64,000 nucleotides of DNA from an uncultured Spirochaetaceae bacterium (GCA_944389115.1 CALXLE010000083.1:417-64416), one strand, 5' to 3'. Shown: positions 38,861 through 48,972, counted from the first letter of the stretch. The notes: a model not told the origin generated them from the sequence alone. Translations and numbers: made by a program.

Positions 38861-41800
38861 TCAATCTTCGGAATCCTCCTTCCGCAACAGAGCCGCAAGT
38901 TTATATCCACTCTTCAATTCCTTTTCCAGCATGATGTTAACAAACTCATCAGCAGAGAATCCACGGGCTTTTGGCGAAAGGGAGAAGGAGAGTGCGATGA
39001 TAAGTATGGCCCTCTGCATCTCCTCCTTGTTATACCATATCTCCCCCTGATACTGATTGCATTGAGTAAGGTCCATAACGCCATCATCATTGGCTATTGC
39101 GGCAAACTGTGCCAGTGGATCGCTGTTCTTCTGGTACATATCCCCCGCGCTGACAAGCAGTGCGGCGGCGTGAGTGATTACGCGTCTTGCATTCTCATCG
39201 TACCCAGCTTCGTTGAATGCTTCCTCCAGGAAAGCATCGGCCAGAAGCCTGTCAGCTTCCTCCATCGCGGCCCTGGGCTTCATCTTCCTTGTGAAAGGAT
39301 AGAGCATAAGAGCAGAGATCAGCATAAGCGGGATTGAGTTGTCTATTCCTGCCCATGCTGGATATGTGCTGCACTTTCTTCCTTTGAATAGGTCGCAGAG
39401 CGTTCTGATGAGCTTAACCATCGGCTTTGGTTCTACTTCCGCAGGATGGACTCCGATCTGTCCCTTTGCAGGTTCATCAAGCGATTGATAGACCTCTGGC
39501 AGGGCGGCATAGCACTCAGCTACCGAAAGCAGCAGGTCCCTCTCCTCTTCCTTTGTTATCGTACCTTCTGCAAGATGCCTTGCCAGCAGTATGGTTTCCT
39601 TTTTCCTCAGAGGATCGAGGCATCTGTACAGAGGCTCAAGCCTGAGCAGAGCCACAGCTTTCGAGATATTCCTTATTCCACGTCTTCCATAAAGCTTCCA
39701 GATGCGCTCGTAGCTTCCGTCTGTATCCTCTACTTCCCTTATGTTCCAGAAGACCTTTGCCTCATAGCCATTGAGGGAGAATGAATATCCTTCGTCGTAC
39801 AGCTGGATAGAAGGCATTATATATGTCAGCCCATCGGAGAAACAGTCAAGAAGTGCGAAGCTTCTTCCTCCGAATGTCAGACCGAGATTCTCAGCAAGCT
39901 TCACTGTAACGGTTGTCCTGTCGTTACCGTTCTTCCTGAGCTTCGGTACAGATACATTTATCGTTCCGCTAGCTCTTTCATACTGGTTGTTCACGAGAAT
40001 GAGAGTCCTCTCGTCTCCCTGTCCATTCACGAATGCATAGACAGATTCCTCCACACCGCCATTCCCGTTATAGCAGTCATAAAGCTGGAAGCAGTCAACG
40101 CCAGAGAAAAGATATCTTCTGCGGAAAAGAGGGAATATGCGGCGATAATGCTCACCGATGAGCCATTCATTCGGGCTTTCGTTGTAATATGCCCTCCTGT
40201 ACTCCATTCCGTACTTTTCCCTGAAGCCTTCTATCTGCCCATGCCCGACCATCGGGAGGCCTGGAAGGGTAGCGAGGAGTGTGCATACCGCAAAGTACTT
40301 ATCCCCATCCCCGAACTGGGCAATTGCCGTCTCCTCATCCGGATTGTTCATGAAGTTGACATATCGTTTCAGGATCTCTGGTTCGTATACAAGAGTGTTC
40401 TTTATTCCGAGTCTGTATTTCTGGTTCTCCTGATTCTTGAGCATATTCATGAATGCGGAGTTGTAGACCCTGTGCATTCCAAGGGTCCTGACGAAGTATC
40501 CTTCCATCATCCAGAATGCTTCGGCAAGAAGGAGCGTGTCAGGGACCTCTGCGGCGATTCTGTCTACGACCTCTCTCCAGAATTCCTGCGGTATCCTTCT
40601 ATTGAACTCTTCATCGCTCATGGCATGTCCGGCTCTTCCTGCGATATCGCCACCATTGCCCGGCTTTGGATACCAGAGTCTCTGTATATGCCTCTTCGCA
40701 AGCGTCATAGCTGCATCGAAGCGTATGATCGGGAAGTTCTTCGCAACATGGATGATTTTCTGAATGACAGCTTCTCTTGCTTCCGGATTGAGATAATCGA
40801 TCTGGGCCGTATCGTTCCAAGGCATCGATGTGCCATCGTTTCCATGGAATATGTATCTGCATCTGCCATTGCGCTTATCGATAAGGCGGAAGGTGACAGC
40901 GGCATCGGTCCTGTCATAGTAGTGATCCTCTATCTTGATCTCGAAGTCAGGATTATCCGAGAGATCAGGGCCATTGTATGTATATGACGGGAAGGGAGGC
41001 CAGTCCTGCTGGATGAAGTAATCAGGATGCTGATACACCCAGTTGCCATCGATGCCGGTATGGTTCGGGACCATATCCGAAGCGAGCCTTATGCCGCGCT
41101 TCTGGCATCTATGCCTGAGATTCTCCAAGGCTTCCCAGCCTCCGATTGACCATGAGATATCATAATCACGGAGAGAATAGGCAGAGGCCTCGGCCTCGGG
41201 ATTGCCGCAGTAGTTCTTTATCTTCTTCGATGCTTCTGAACGTTCCCATAGTCCTATGAGCCACAGGGCTGTGAATCCTCTTTCCTTCAGTGTATCGAGT
41301 TCTTCATCGGGTATCTGATCAAGTCTTGTGATTGATTTCCTGTATTTTTTTGACAGCTGGTCCAGCCATACGAGCGTGCTCTTTGCCATCATCACAACAC
41401 GTGGCATCCAGTTCGAGTCGTCGGAGAAGGCCTCATACTCATTCAGATCAGACAGAGAGTAGTCGATTACGTGGGTCTCTCCGCCTCCGCCTCCCGTTCC
41501 GCTTCTGTCCTTTTCCTCTTCGTGGATATAATCCAGCGAGGTCTCAAGAAGCATTATCAGATCCGCTGGAAGGAACATCCTCCACTCCCTGAGAATATAG
41601 CGGATCTGCTCCTCAAGCGAATTCGGATAGAGACGAGCCGGAAGCTGAAGCATCGTAAATACATCTTCCGTATTTGGGCGGCCATCCCTGAGATCATCTT
41701 TAACAAACGATGAGAGAATGCTTGATAAAGCTTTTATACCTTCTGGATAGATTATCCCATCCGGTGAGATGAAAGGTTTTGACGCAGCAAGGAGAGCTGG

Positions 41801-42232
41801 ATTCTGAAGCAGTACCTGATGCACGAAGAATCCTCTCATATCCTCTGTTATCCTCTTCTCATTGCCCGGCCTTGATTCATTAAGCGCCGGAGAAGGGAAT
41901 GTCTTTGAATAGAATGCCAGGGCATTGAGGAGCTCCTCGTTTCCCATCACCGTTGCGATGCGCCTTGTGAAGAAGTCAGGCTGGGAATCCCCAATGCGGG
42001 CGGAAAGGACAATCTGGTAGATGAGATGGAGCACTGCGGAAGCATGAAGTTTTCCGGGTGATACGAAACCTTCCGCCTTTCCTTCTTTCTTCAGCTCATT
42101 GTTGTATGTGAATGCAAGCAGGGAAGCTTCTCTATAGAGCAGATCGATGCTTTCATCGGAAGGGAAGACCTCCTTGAAGATCTTTATTTTCTCTCTGGTA
42201 GGTTCTGCGATCCTGAAATCCCTTTTTTCCAT
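38861..42232 (-). CDS. Large multidomain alpha-amylase-family (GH13) protein, 1123 aa
   Basis: GH13 regions: I DMVPNHTG; II IIRFDAAMTLAKRH; III LLLAEAFW; IV-like FMNNPDEE. These are flanked by about 330-aa N-terminal and about 360-aa C-terminal regions of unknown function. Confidence 0.8.
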   Translation of the reverse strand: MEKRDFRIAEPTREKIKIFKEVFPSDESIDLLYREASLLAFTYNNELKKEGKAEGFVSPGKLHASAVLHLIYQIVLSARIGDSQPDFFTRRIATVMGNEELLNALAFYSKTFPSPALNESRPGNEKRITEDMRGFFVHQVLLQNPALLAASKPFISPDGIIYPEGIKALSSILSSFVKDDLRDGRPNTEDVFTMLQLPARLYPNSLEEQIRYILREWRMFLPADLIMLLETSLDYIHEEEKDRSGTGGGGGETHVIDYSLSDLNEYEAFSDDSNWMPRVVMMAKSTLVWLDQLSKKYRKSITRLDQIPDEELDTLKERGFTALWLIGLWERSEASKKIKNYCGNPEAEASAYSLRDYDISWSIGGWEALENLRHRCQKRGIRLASDMVPNHTGIDGNWVYQHPDYFIQQDWPPFPSYTYNGPDLSDNPDFEIKIEDHYYDRTDAAVTFRLIDKRNGRCRYIFHGNDGTSMPWNDTAQIDYLNPEAREAVIQKIIHVAKNFPIIRFDAAMTLAKRHIQRLWYPKPGNGGDIAGRAGHAMSDEEFNRRIPQEFWREVVDRIAAEVPDTLLLAEAFWMMEGYFVRTLGMHRVYNSAFMNMLKNQENQKYRLGIKNTLVYEPEILKRYVNFMNNPDEETAIAQFGDGDKYFAVCTLLATLPGLPMVGHGQIEGFREKYGMEYRRAYYNESPNEWLIGEHYRRIFPLFRRRYLFSGVDCFQLYDCYNGNGGVEESVYAFVNGQGDERTLILVNNQYERASGTINVSVPKLRKNGNDRTTVTVKLAENLGLTFGGRSFALLDCFSDGLTYIMPSIQLYDEGYSFSLNGYEAKVFWNIREVEDTDGSYERIWKLYGRRGIRNISKAVALLRLEPLYRCLDPLRKKETILLARHLAEGTITKEEERDLLLSVAECYAALPEVYQSLDEPAKGQIGVHPAEVEPKPMVKLIRTLCDLFKGRKCSTYPAWAGIDNSIPLMLISALMLYPFTRKMKPRAAMEEADRLLADAFLEEAFNEAGYDENARRVITHAAALLVSAGDMYQKNSDPLAQFAAIANDDGVMDLTQCNQYQGEIWYNKEEMQRAILIIALSFSLSPKARGFSADEFVNIMLEKELKSGYKLAALLRKEDSED

Positions 42233-42305
42233 TGAAACCCTCTTTCAGTACTGATTACATACTATCTTACCACAGAGAAAGAGAGCATTCAGCAGATTGG
42301 ATAGC

Positions 42306-43157
42306 CTATTTCTTAAATCCGGAGAGGAATAATCCGGAAAGCGTCAGGATTGTCCCAATAATAGAGAATGCCGTTATCTTCTCTCCAAGGATCACAGCCG
42401 AGGCTATTACCGTGATTACCGGAACGAGATATATGAATATACTCGTTCTGATCGGCCCTAGTCTTTCGACGGCTATATTCCAGAGAACGAAGCACAGAGC
42501 AGAGGCAGCAAGCCCCAGAAACAGCAGCCCTGTGATATTCCATGGAGAGAGCATATCCCTCTCCATGCCGGTATTATTCCAGAGAATAAGAGGAACCAGC
42601 ATGAAAGCCATTCCATATATGAATGACCTTCTGACAGTGAGCAGAGGGCTGTATCCGAAGCTGGCTATCTTTTTCGAGGCTATTGCATAGAAGGCCCATA
42701 CAAATGCTGCTGACAGAGCAAGCAGATCGCCTTTCAGGCTTTCGGCGGAGAAGTCAATCGATGACAGGCTTATCATCGCGATTCCGGTAATTGCGACAGC
42801 AAATCCCGCAAAGAACCGCCAGCTCTTCCTTTCTTTGGAAAGAAGGGCTGTGAAGAATGGCGCGGTTGAAACAATGACGCCAGCATTCGATGCGGTTGTC
42901 CACAGCATAGAGACATTCTCCAGGAAGTAGTACAGGAATATGCCTGTCAGCCCTGCGGATATGAGGTATTTCTCTTCCTGCCAGCCCTTTGTTTTCAGCC
43001 TTTTTGGCATTACAAGCGCAAGCGCAATTGTTCCGAGCAGAAATCTGATGAAAAGGATTTCCACAGGAGTGAATGACACAAGAAGCGATTTCGTGAAGAC
43101 AAATGTGAGTCCCCATATCGCTACGGTGATGAATGCTGCGATATATCCTTCAGTCAT
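42306..43157 (-). CDS. EamA/DMT-family transporter
   Basis: Ten predicted TM helices in two EamA-like repeats. The start is trimmed to MTEGYIAAF to limit overlap with pth. Confidence 0.8.
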   Translation of the reverse strand: MTEGYIAAFITVAIWGLTFVFTKSLLVSFTPVEILFIRFLLGTIALALVMPKRLKTKGWQEEKYLISAGLTGIFLYYFLENVSMLWTTASNAGVIVSTAPFFTALLSKERKSWRFFAGFAVAITGIAMISLSSIDFSAESLKGDLLALSAAFVWAFYAIASKKIASFGYSPLLTVRRSFIYGMAFMLVPLILWNNTGMERDMLSPWNITGLLFLGLAASALCFVLWNIAVERLGPIRTSIFIYLVPVITVIASAVILGEKITAFSIIGTILTLSGLFLSGFKK

Positions 43158-43677
43158 TGATATCCACCTCTGCGGGTTTATCAGGGGCCTCAAGGATGTC
43201 TCTGAGTCTGGTGAAGAGCTGATCCATGACAATCATCTCATCTTTTCTGAAAGGCGCTGTGACATATAATCTGACATCGCCATGCTCTGGCCTGCCTATT
43301 CCTATGCGGAGTCTGAAGAAGTCACTGCTTCCAAGCCTCTCCTTTATGCTTCTGAGACCGTTGTGTCCCTGTAGTCCTCCTCCTTTCTGAAGTCTGGCCT
43401 TTCCAATCGGAAGCTCAAGATCATCGTGTACAACAAGGATCTCTTCCGGTGCCATATGATAGAAGGAAGCGGCCTCCGATACAGCTGTTCCCGATAGATT
43501 CATGAATGTCATAGGTTTCATCACATAGACATTCCCGGCTTTCATGAACTGGGAATGGAACTTCATCTGATAGCTTGCATCAGGATAAAGGTAATCACAG
43601 AGCCTGAATCCTGCATTATGTCTTGTAGCTGTATAATCTTTTCCTGGATTGCCAAGGAAAACAAGCATTCTGATCAT
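43150..43677 (-). CDS. pth: Peptidyl-tRNA hydrolase
   Basis: LVFLGNPGKDYTATRHNAGF, and DDLELPIGKARL..GGG..GHNGLRS. Confidence 0.9.
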   Translation of the reverse strand: MIRMLVFLGNPGKDYTATRHNAGFRLCDYLYPDASYQMKFHSQFMKAGNVYVMKPMTFMNLSGTAVSEAASFYHMAPEEILVVHDDLELPIGKARLQKGGGLQGHNGLRSIKERLGSSDFFRLRIGIGRPEHGDVRLYVTAPFRKDEMIVMDQLFTRLRDILEAPDKPAEVDIND

Positions 43678-43775
43678 GAGAGTGAGTATCCAGAGAGGAG
43701 AGATAGCAGTCAATATCTTAACCTTAGGTTCTTATGTATCTATAATAGATTTGCATTATCAGACAGGAGGTCGAT

Positions 43776-44183
43776 ATGGCAGGTTCAAAATCCATCGGGG
43801 ATATGATCCTCAGGATCCTAGTGGGTCTTCTTTTCGTTATCATCGGCATCGAAGGCATGGCTGACTTCGGCGGCAACGCCCTTTACAGGGAGCTTGACGA
43901 TGTCTTTGATATCATCGTAGGAGCTGTTCTGCTTGTTGCAGGTCTTCTCCTTATTGTCCCGCTCTTCATCACGGGTATCAAGGCATCATTTACAAAGGCT
44001 GCTACTCTCGTAGTCCTGGTCGCCTGGGTAATATACATAGTCCTTGCGGATTTCATGTATGGTCTCAGAGGCGTTGACGGCACAGAGTGGTTTGAATGGC
44101 TGGAGGTACTTATATACCATCTTCTCATCCTTGCATCGGTATATAAGGTAGCACAGCCAGCTGTGAAGAAGCTCGGTAAGTGA
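43776..44183 (+). CDS. Hypothetical small membrane protein (4 TM)
   Basis: 135 aa. AGGAGG lies 5 nt upstream of the ATG and a TATAAT sits at 43741-43746. Confidence 0.5.
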   Translation: MAGSKSIGDMILRILVGLLFVIIGIEGMADFGGNALYRELDDVFDIIVGAVLLVAGLLLIVPLFITGIKASFTKAATLVVLVAWVIYIVLADFMYGLRGVDGTEWFEWLEVLIYHLLILASVYKVAQPAVKKLGK

Positions 44184-44873
44184 TTATCTTGACCTGATTA
44201 CGCCTTCTTTCCTGCATTCCTCTGTCAGTGGACACTCCGAGCAATGAGGGGAGACAGGCGTGCAGACATACTGCCCATAGCGCACAAGGAGCTCGTTTAG
44301 GGGGATCCAGAAACGCTGGGGCAGTATTTTTCTCAGCGCTTTCTCCGTCTCCTCCGGTGTCTTTGTCTTCACCCATCCCGTTCTGTTCGCTATCTCATGC
44401 ACATGGCAGTCAACGCATATGGCATCAATGCCGAATCCAAGATTGAGCACGAGGGATGCCGTCTTTATACCTACACCGGGCAGACTCATTATCGTATCCA
44501 TATCAGCAGGGATGGAGGAGTGATGCTCATCACGGAGTATTCCGGCAATCTTCTTCAGCTGTTCTCCCTTCCTTCTGTAGAAACCAGCAGGCTTTATCAG
44601 CTCGGCGATTTCCTCCGGATCGGCATCCGCAAGACTGTCTATATCAGGATATCGCGACAGAAGGCGCTCAGATGCAGCAAGCGTCACGCTGTCCTTGGTT
44701 CTGAGGCTTATGATTGTTGATACAAGGACCCTGTACGGATCATTGTTCTTTTCTGCCATTATGCTGACAGAAGGAAGGGGCGCGCCCATGCTTCTGAGCT
44801 TTTCGGAGAAAAGAGCGAATACTTTATCGAAATAGGTTTCGTCCAATTGATTTTTATTGACCATTTTCTGCAT
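44184..44873 (-). CDS. nth: Endonuclease III (HhH-GPD, 4Fe-4S)
   Basis: HhH LPGVGIKTA, catalytic region VDCHV, and cluster CTPVSPHCSECPLTEEC. The start is trimmed to MQKMVNKN. Confidence 0.88.
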   Translation of the reverse strand: MQKMVNKNQLDETYFDKVFALFSEKLRSMGAPLPSVSIMAEKNNDPYRVLVSTIISLRTKDSVTLAASERLLSRYPDIDSLADADPEEIAELIKPAGFYRRKGEQLKKIAGILRDEHHSSIPADMDTIMSLPGVGIKTASLVLNLGFGIDAICVDCHVHEIANRTGWVKTKTPEETEKALRKILPQRFWIPLNELLVRYGQYVCTPVSPHCSECPLTEECRKEGVIRSR

Positions 44874-44894
44874 AAAAGATAGCTTTTCAGCAAG

Positions 44895-46808
44895 ATGATT
44901 ATAATCCTCAGACAAGGTATTACACCAAGCGAAAAAGATAAAGTGAGATCCTTCCTTACAGAGAAAGGATTCATGGTCAAGGAAATTGTTGGAGAGAATG
45001 ATACGGTATTCGGTGCTGTAGGTACCGTACATATCGATCCGAGACAGGTCGAGCTACTGCCTGGCGTCAGTTCTGTTGTTCCTATCTCAAAGCCTTATAA
45101 GCTCGCTTCCCGTGAGCTCAAGAAGGAAGATACGATTGTCTCAGTGGGCAAAGTGAGAATAGGTGGCAACAGAGTTGCCGTGATAGCCGGTCCCTGCGCT
45201 GTAGAGAATTACGATCAGGTGATGGCAATTGCTGAAAGCGTAAGGGAATCCGGAGCTGTGATGCTTCGCGGAGGTGCCTTCAAGCCAAGGACAAGCCCAT
45301 ATTCATTCCAGGGACTTGGAGAGGAAGGACTTAAGATTCTCAGGAAGGCTGGAGATGCCTTTGATATGCCTATAACGACAGAGGTCGTTTCTCCTGGCGA
45401 TGTTGAGATGATGGCCTCATACATCGATATGTTCCAGATCGGTGCCAGGAATATGCAGAACTTCGAGCTTCTGAAAGCCGTAGGGAAGACAGGAATGCCG
45501 GTACTTCTGAAGAGAGGTCTTTCCGCAACGATTGAAGAGTGGCTGATGGCAGCGGAGTATCTCATGGCCTCAGGTACCGATCAGGTCGTTCTGTGCGAGA
45601 GGGGAATAAGGACATACGAGAGGGCGACAAGGAATACGCTGGACTGCTCTGCGATTCCTGTTGTCCAGAAGCTTACCCACCTACCTGTAATCGGCGATCC
45701 GTCGCATGCCACAGGTATTCGTGATATGGTTGCTCCGATGTCGCTAGCGCTTGTCGCTGCCGGAGCCTCAGGAATAATAGTAGAGGTCCATAACTGCCCT
45801 GAGAAGGCTCTCTCGGATGGTCCCCAGTCCCTGTATCCAGCTCAGTTCTCAAAGCTGATGAGGGATATACAGGCTCTGTGCCCTGTCGTTGGAAAGAGTC
45901 TTGAAAGGATTCCACGCATCCTTCCTGAGAGCATAAAGGAGAAAGGCAGTGAGAAGCCGGTATCATCTGATAGCGTGAAAGTAGCTTTCCAGGGAGAGAG
46001 AGGCGCTTTTTCTGAACTGGCTATAAGGCGGACCTTCGATGAGAGCGTAGGTGTTCTTCCCTGCCATCTCTTCAGTGATGTATTCGATGCCGTCTCAGAG
46101 GGGAAGGCGAAGTATGGAATGCTTCCTGTGGAGAATACTCTTGGAGGAACGATCTACGATACGCTGGACCTCCTTGCGATGCATCCGGAGATTACCGTAG
46201 TCGGGGAACAGCAGGTGAGGGTCATACATAATCTTATCGGAATGCCTGATGCTGAGCTCAGCGATATAAAGAAGGTCTATTCGCATCCTCAGGGGCTTGC
46301 GCAGTGCGCAAGGTTCCTTTCAGAGGAACTCCCTGATGCAGAGCGTATACCTTTCTTCGATACCGCGGGGGCTGTATCATTCATAGCTGAGAAGAAGGAT
46401 AAATCCATAGCTGCCATAGCGGGAGCTCCTGCTGCGGTATATCATGGACTAAAGATCATTAGGCAGGGAATTGAGTCTGATGCATCGAATTATACGCGCT
46501 TCTATGTGATAGCCAGAGAGGAGAATGCCGATGTTTTCAGATCCCAGGCTAAGCCCAATAAGGCTTCAATCTCATTCTCTGTCTCCGATGAGCCAGGTGC
46601 GCTTATGAATGCTTTGAAGGTTCTTGCGGATAGGAGAATCAATATGAAGAAGCTTGAATCAAGGCCGATACAGGGAAAGCCTTGGGAGTATCTGTTCTTC
46701 CTTGAGATCCAGCTGCCTGAGGATGGTTCCTTTGAGGATCTCTGCAGCGAAATGAAGAACGCGTGCGCTACGTTCCGTGTTCTTGGAACATATGCTTCGG
46801 TCCTATAA
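44895..46808 (+). CDS. Fusion protein: type I-beta DAH7P synthase (with N-terminal ferredoxin-like regulatory domain) + prephenate dehydratase + ACT domain
   Basis: Residues 1-350 read like Thermotoga-type DAH7PS (MIIILRQG..., IAGPCAVE, LRGGAFKPRTSPYSFQGLG, LLKRG, CERGIRT, DPSH). From about aa 361, VKVAFQGERGAFSE, the TRF motif and ESRP (ACT) are typical PDT. Confidence 0.88.
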   Translation: MIIILRQGITPSEKDKVRSFLTEKGFMVKEIVGENDTVFGAVGTVHIDPRQVELLPGVSSVVPISKPYKLASRELKKEDTIVSVGKVRIGGNRVAVIAGPCAVENYDQVMAIAESVRESGAVMLRGGAFKPRTSPYSFQGLGEEGLKILRKAGDAFDMPITTEVVSPGDVEMMASYIDMFQIGARNMQNFELLKAVGKTGMPVLLKRGLSATIEEWLMAAEYLMASGTDQVVLCERGIRTYERATRNTLDCSAIPVVQKLTHLPVIGDPSHATGIRDMVAPMSLALVAAGASGIIVEVHNCPEKALSDGPQSLYPAQFSKLMRDIQALCPVVGKSLERIPRILPESIKEKGSEKPVSSDSVKVAFQGERGAFSELAIRRTFDESVGVLPCHLFSDVFDAVSEGKAKYGMLPVENTLGGTIYDTLDLLAMHPEITVVGEQQVRVIHNLIGMPDAELSDIKKVYSHPQGLAQCARFLSEELPDAERIPFFDTAGAVSFIAEKKDKSIAAIAGAPAAVYHGLKIIRQGIESDASNYTRFYVIAREENADVFRSQAKPNKASISFSVSDEPGALMNALKVLADRRINMKKLESRPIQGKPWEYLFFLEIQLPEDGSFEDLCSEMKNACATFRVLGTYASVL

Positions 46809-46815
46809 TCCATCG

Positions 46816-47322
46816 ATGCTTTTCATGGGAGTCCTATCTGTCATAGGGCTCCCTGATGATCTGAGAAGCAGGCTGGAATCGCTTTTTGGACCGATATCTG
46901 TAATCACAGATTCCTTTCTCTTCGATTTCACCGATTACTATGTTCCGGAGATGGGCGATGGTATAGAACGGTTCTTCATATCTTTCAGGGACCTTGTATT
47001 TCCCGATTCCCTTGCTTCAATCAAGACAGAGACAAACAGCATCGAAGAGGAATACAGTGATAACGGAAACCGGAGGATAAACCTTGACCCTGGGCTCCTC
47101 TCCCTCGAGAATGCAATACTTGCAACGACGAAGAACAGATCGCATAGAATCGCGATAGGGAAGAACCTCTATGCAGAGGTGACGCTTATCTATCATAAGC
47201 ATCAATGGCAGGCCTTTCCCTGGACATATGCGGATTACCGTTCTGAGAGAGTTCAATCCATACTTTCATCATTCAGGGAAGAGTATAAGGAGAAGCAGAG
47301 GGAGCTCAACGCTTCTCTCTGA
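46816..47322 (+). CDS. DUF4416-family protein
   Basis: INLDPGLLSLENAILATTKNRSHRI..G.NLYAEVTLIY pattern. The start is placed at the ATG at 46816, after the upstream stop. Confidence 0.6.
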   Translation: MLFMGVLSVIGLPDDLRSRLESLFGPISVITDSFLFDFTDYYVPEMGDGIERFFISFRDLVFPDSLASIKTETNSIEEEYSDNGNRRINLDPGLLSLENAILATTKNRSHRIAIGKNLYAEVTLIYHKHQWQAFPWTYADYRSERVQSILSSFREEYKEKQRELNASL

Positions 47323-48955
47323 GTATTGCCTTATTGAGGATCAGCAGTGATACCGTACTGAACAGAATGCATATCACAGCCATTGCCATTCCTTTCCCGA
47401 CGCTTCCCTGCTCGAATTGTCTGTTGATGTATGTCGAGACTGTTAGGGTATTCGTAGGTGCGATGAGGGAAGGTGTGACGAGTTCACGGAAAGCTATTAT
47501 GAATGTCATCATCCATCCTGACATGATTCCTCTTGAGATCAGGGGCAGGGTAATGTGAAGGAATACATATGATGGAGATCCTCCTGAAATCCTGCCAGCC
47601 GCAACTAGGCTCGGGCTTATCTGTGAGTATGATGATGTGACATACTGGACTGTATATGGAAGGAATAGCACGACATAGCTGAGAACCATTATCCATATTG
47701 TTCCGTATATCGGGATTGCTTTGTATATTGAGTTATAGAAGAGCATTATACCAAGTACAAGAACGATGCTCGGCAGCATCTCAGGGAGGAGAGCAATACC
47801 TTCTATCGTTTTCTTCATTTTCTTTCCGCAGTTTCTCGATATCGTGACTACGATAGTTCCCAGCATAGCAGCAATCGTAGCGGATGAGACGGCAAGGAAT
47901 ATGGAGACCAGCAGAGCATTGATTCCCTGTGTATCCTCTGTGAATACCTTTATGTAGTTAGCTGTTGTATAGTTGCCTGACCTCATCCCATAACCCCGGA
48001 GTTTTATAAGCGATGAAATTGTCACAGAGAACAGTGGTATGAGCATTGAGAAGAATACAACGATGGCAATGAATGCTATAGCGGCAACCAAGGCAGGCCT
48101 TGATAGTTTTCTGTATCTCACAGCACTGCCTTTTCCTCCGACAAGACTATATGTCCTTCTCATAGTTATATAGTTCTGCAGCAGCCAGATCATCAGGCAG
48201 ATTCCAACGAGCACGGATGCAAGAGAGGCAGATTTGCCGAACTCTATCGGAGCGACCGTAGCATACCTGTGGATATCTGTGGTGAATACACTGAAGCCTA
48301 TTCTTCGCCCGAGCGTAGATGGTGTTCCATATTCTGAGATGGTCTTTACGAATACAAGCAGAGCTCCGATTGCATAATTGCCTGTGAGAAGAGGCATGAA
48401 GAGCTTTCTTATACGTACTCTGAAAGGTGCTCCGAGCACGGCTCCGGCTTCATCGAGCGAGGATGGGACAGACAACATCGCGTTCTTCATCATCGTCATC
48501 ATGAATGGGAATACATGGAAGCTCATCACAAGCACAAGACCGGCAAGCGAGAAGAACCAATCGGAGATGAATGCGAGATCTGGGAAGAGTTGCTGCATCA
48601 ACCCTCTTTTCTGCATGAATAGTATCCAGCCCATCGATGCGATATACGGAGGTGTCATGAACGGAATCATGAAGATGATATCAAAGAAGTGGTAACGGGC
48701 AAGCGATGTTCTGGAGAATATATATGCGAGCGGCAGGGCTATTGCTGAGGATACTATGACTACAAGGATGCCGAGAAGCAGCGATGATCCAATCATCTTT
48801 GCATTCTCGTTCTCTGTGATTGTCGCGATTGCACTGCTGAGGCTGAAGCGGCCATTCTGGAATACCGCTTCAGCGAATATTGAAAGCAGTGGACAGATAA
48901 TCAGGAAAACCAGTGCCGTAATCAATAAAAAAGCGATTGTCTTCTTTCCGTTCAT
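47306..48955 (-). CDS. ABC transporter permease, double-domain (FbpB/iron(III)-type)
   Basis: 549 aa with two tandem BPD-transporter permease modules of about 6 TM each. Confidence 0.85.
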   Translation of the reverse strand: MNGKKTIAFLLITALVFLIICPLLSIFAEAVFQNGRFSLSSAIATITENENAKMIGSSLLLGILVVIVSSAIALPLAYIFSRTSLARYHFFDIIFMIPFMTPPYIASMGWILFMQKRGLMQQLFPDLAFISDWFFSLAGLVLVMSFHVFPFMMTMMKNAMLSVPSSLDEAGAVLGAPFRVRIRKLFMPLLTGNYAIGALLVFVKTISEYGTPSTLGRRIGFSVFTTDIHRYATVAPIEFGKSASLASVLVGICLMIWLLQNYITMRRTYSLVGGKGSAVRYRKLSRPALVAAIAFIAIVVFFSMLIPLFSVTISSLIKLRGYGMRSGNYTTANYIKVFTEDTQGINALLVSIFLAVSSATIAAMLGTIVVTISRNCGKKMKKTIEGIALLPEMLPSIVLVLGIMLFYNSIYKAIPIYGTIWIMVLSYVVLFLPYTVQYVTSSYSQISPSLVAAGRISGGSPSYVFLHITLPLISRGIMSGWMMTFIIAFRELVTPSLIAPTNTLTVSTYINRQFEQGSVGKGMAMAVICILFSTVSLLILNKAILREKR

Positions 48956-48972
48956 CTATCCACTTCCATTGA

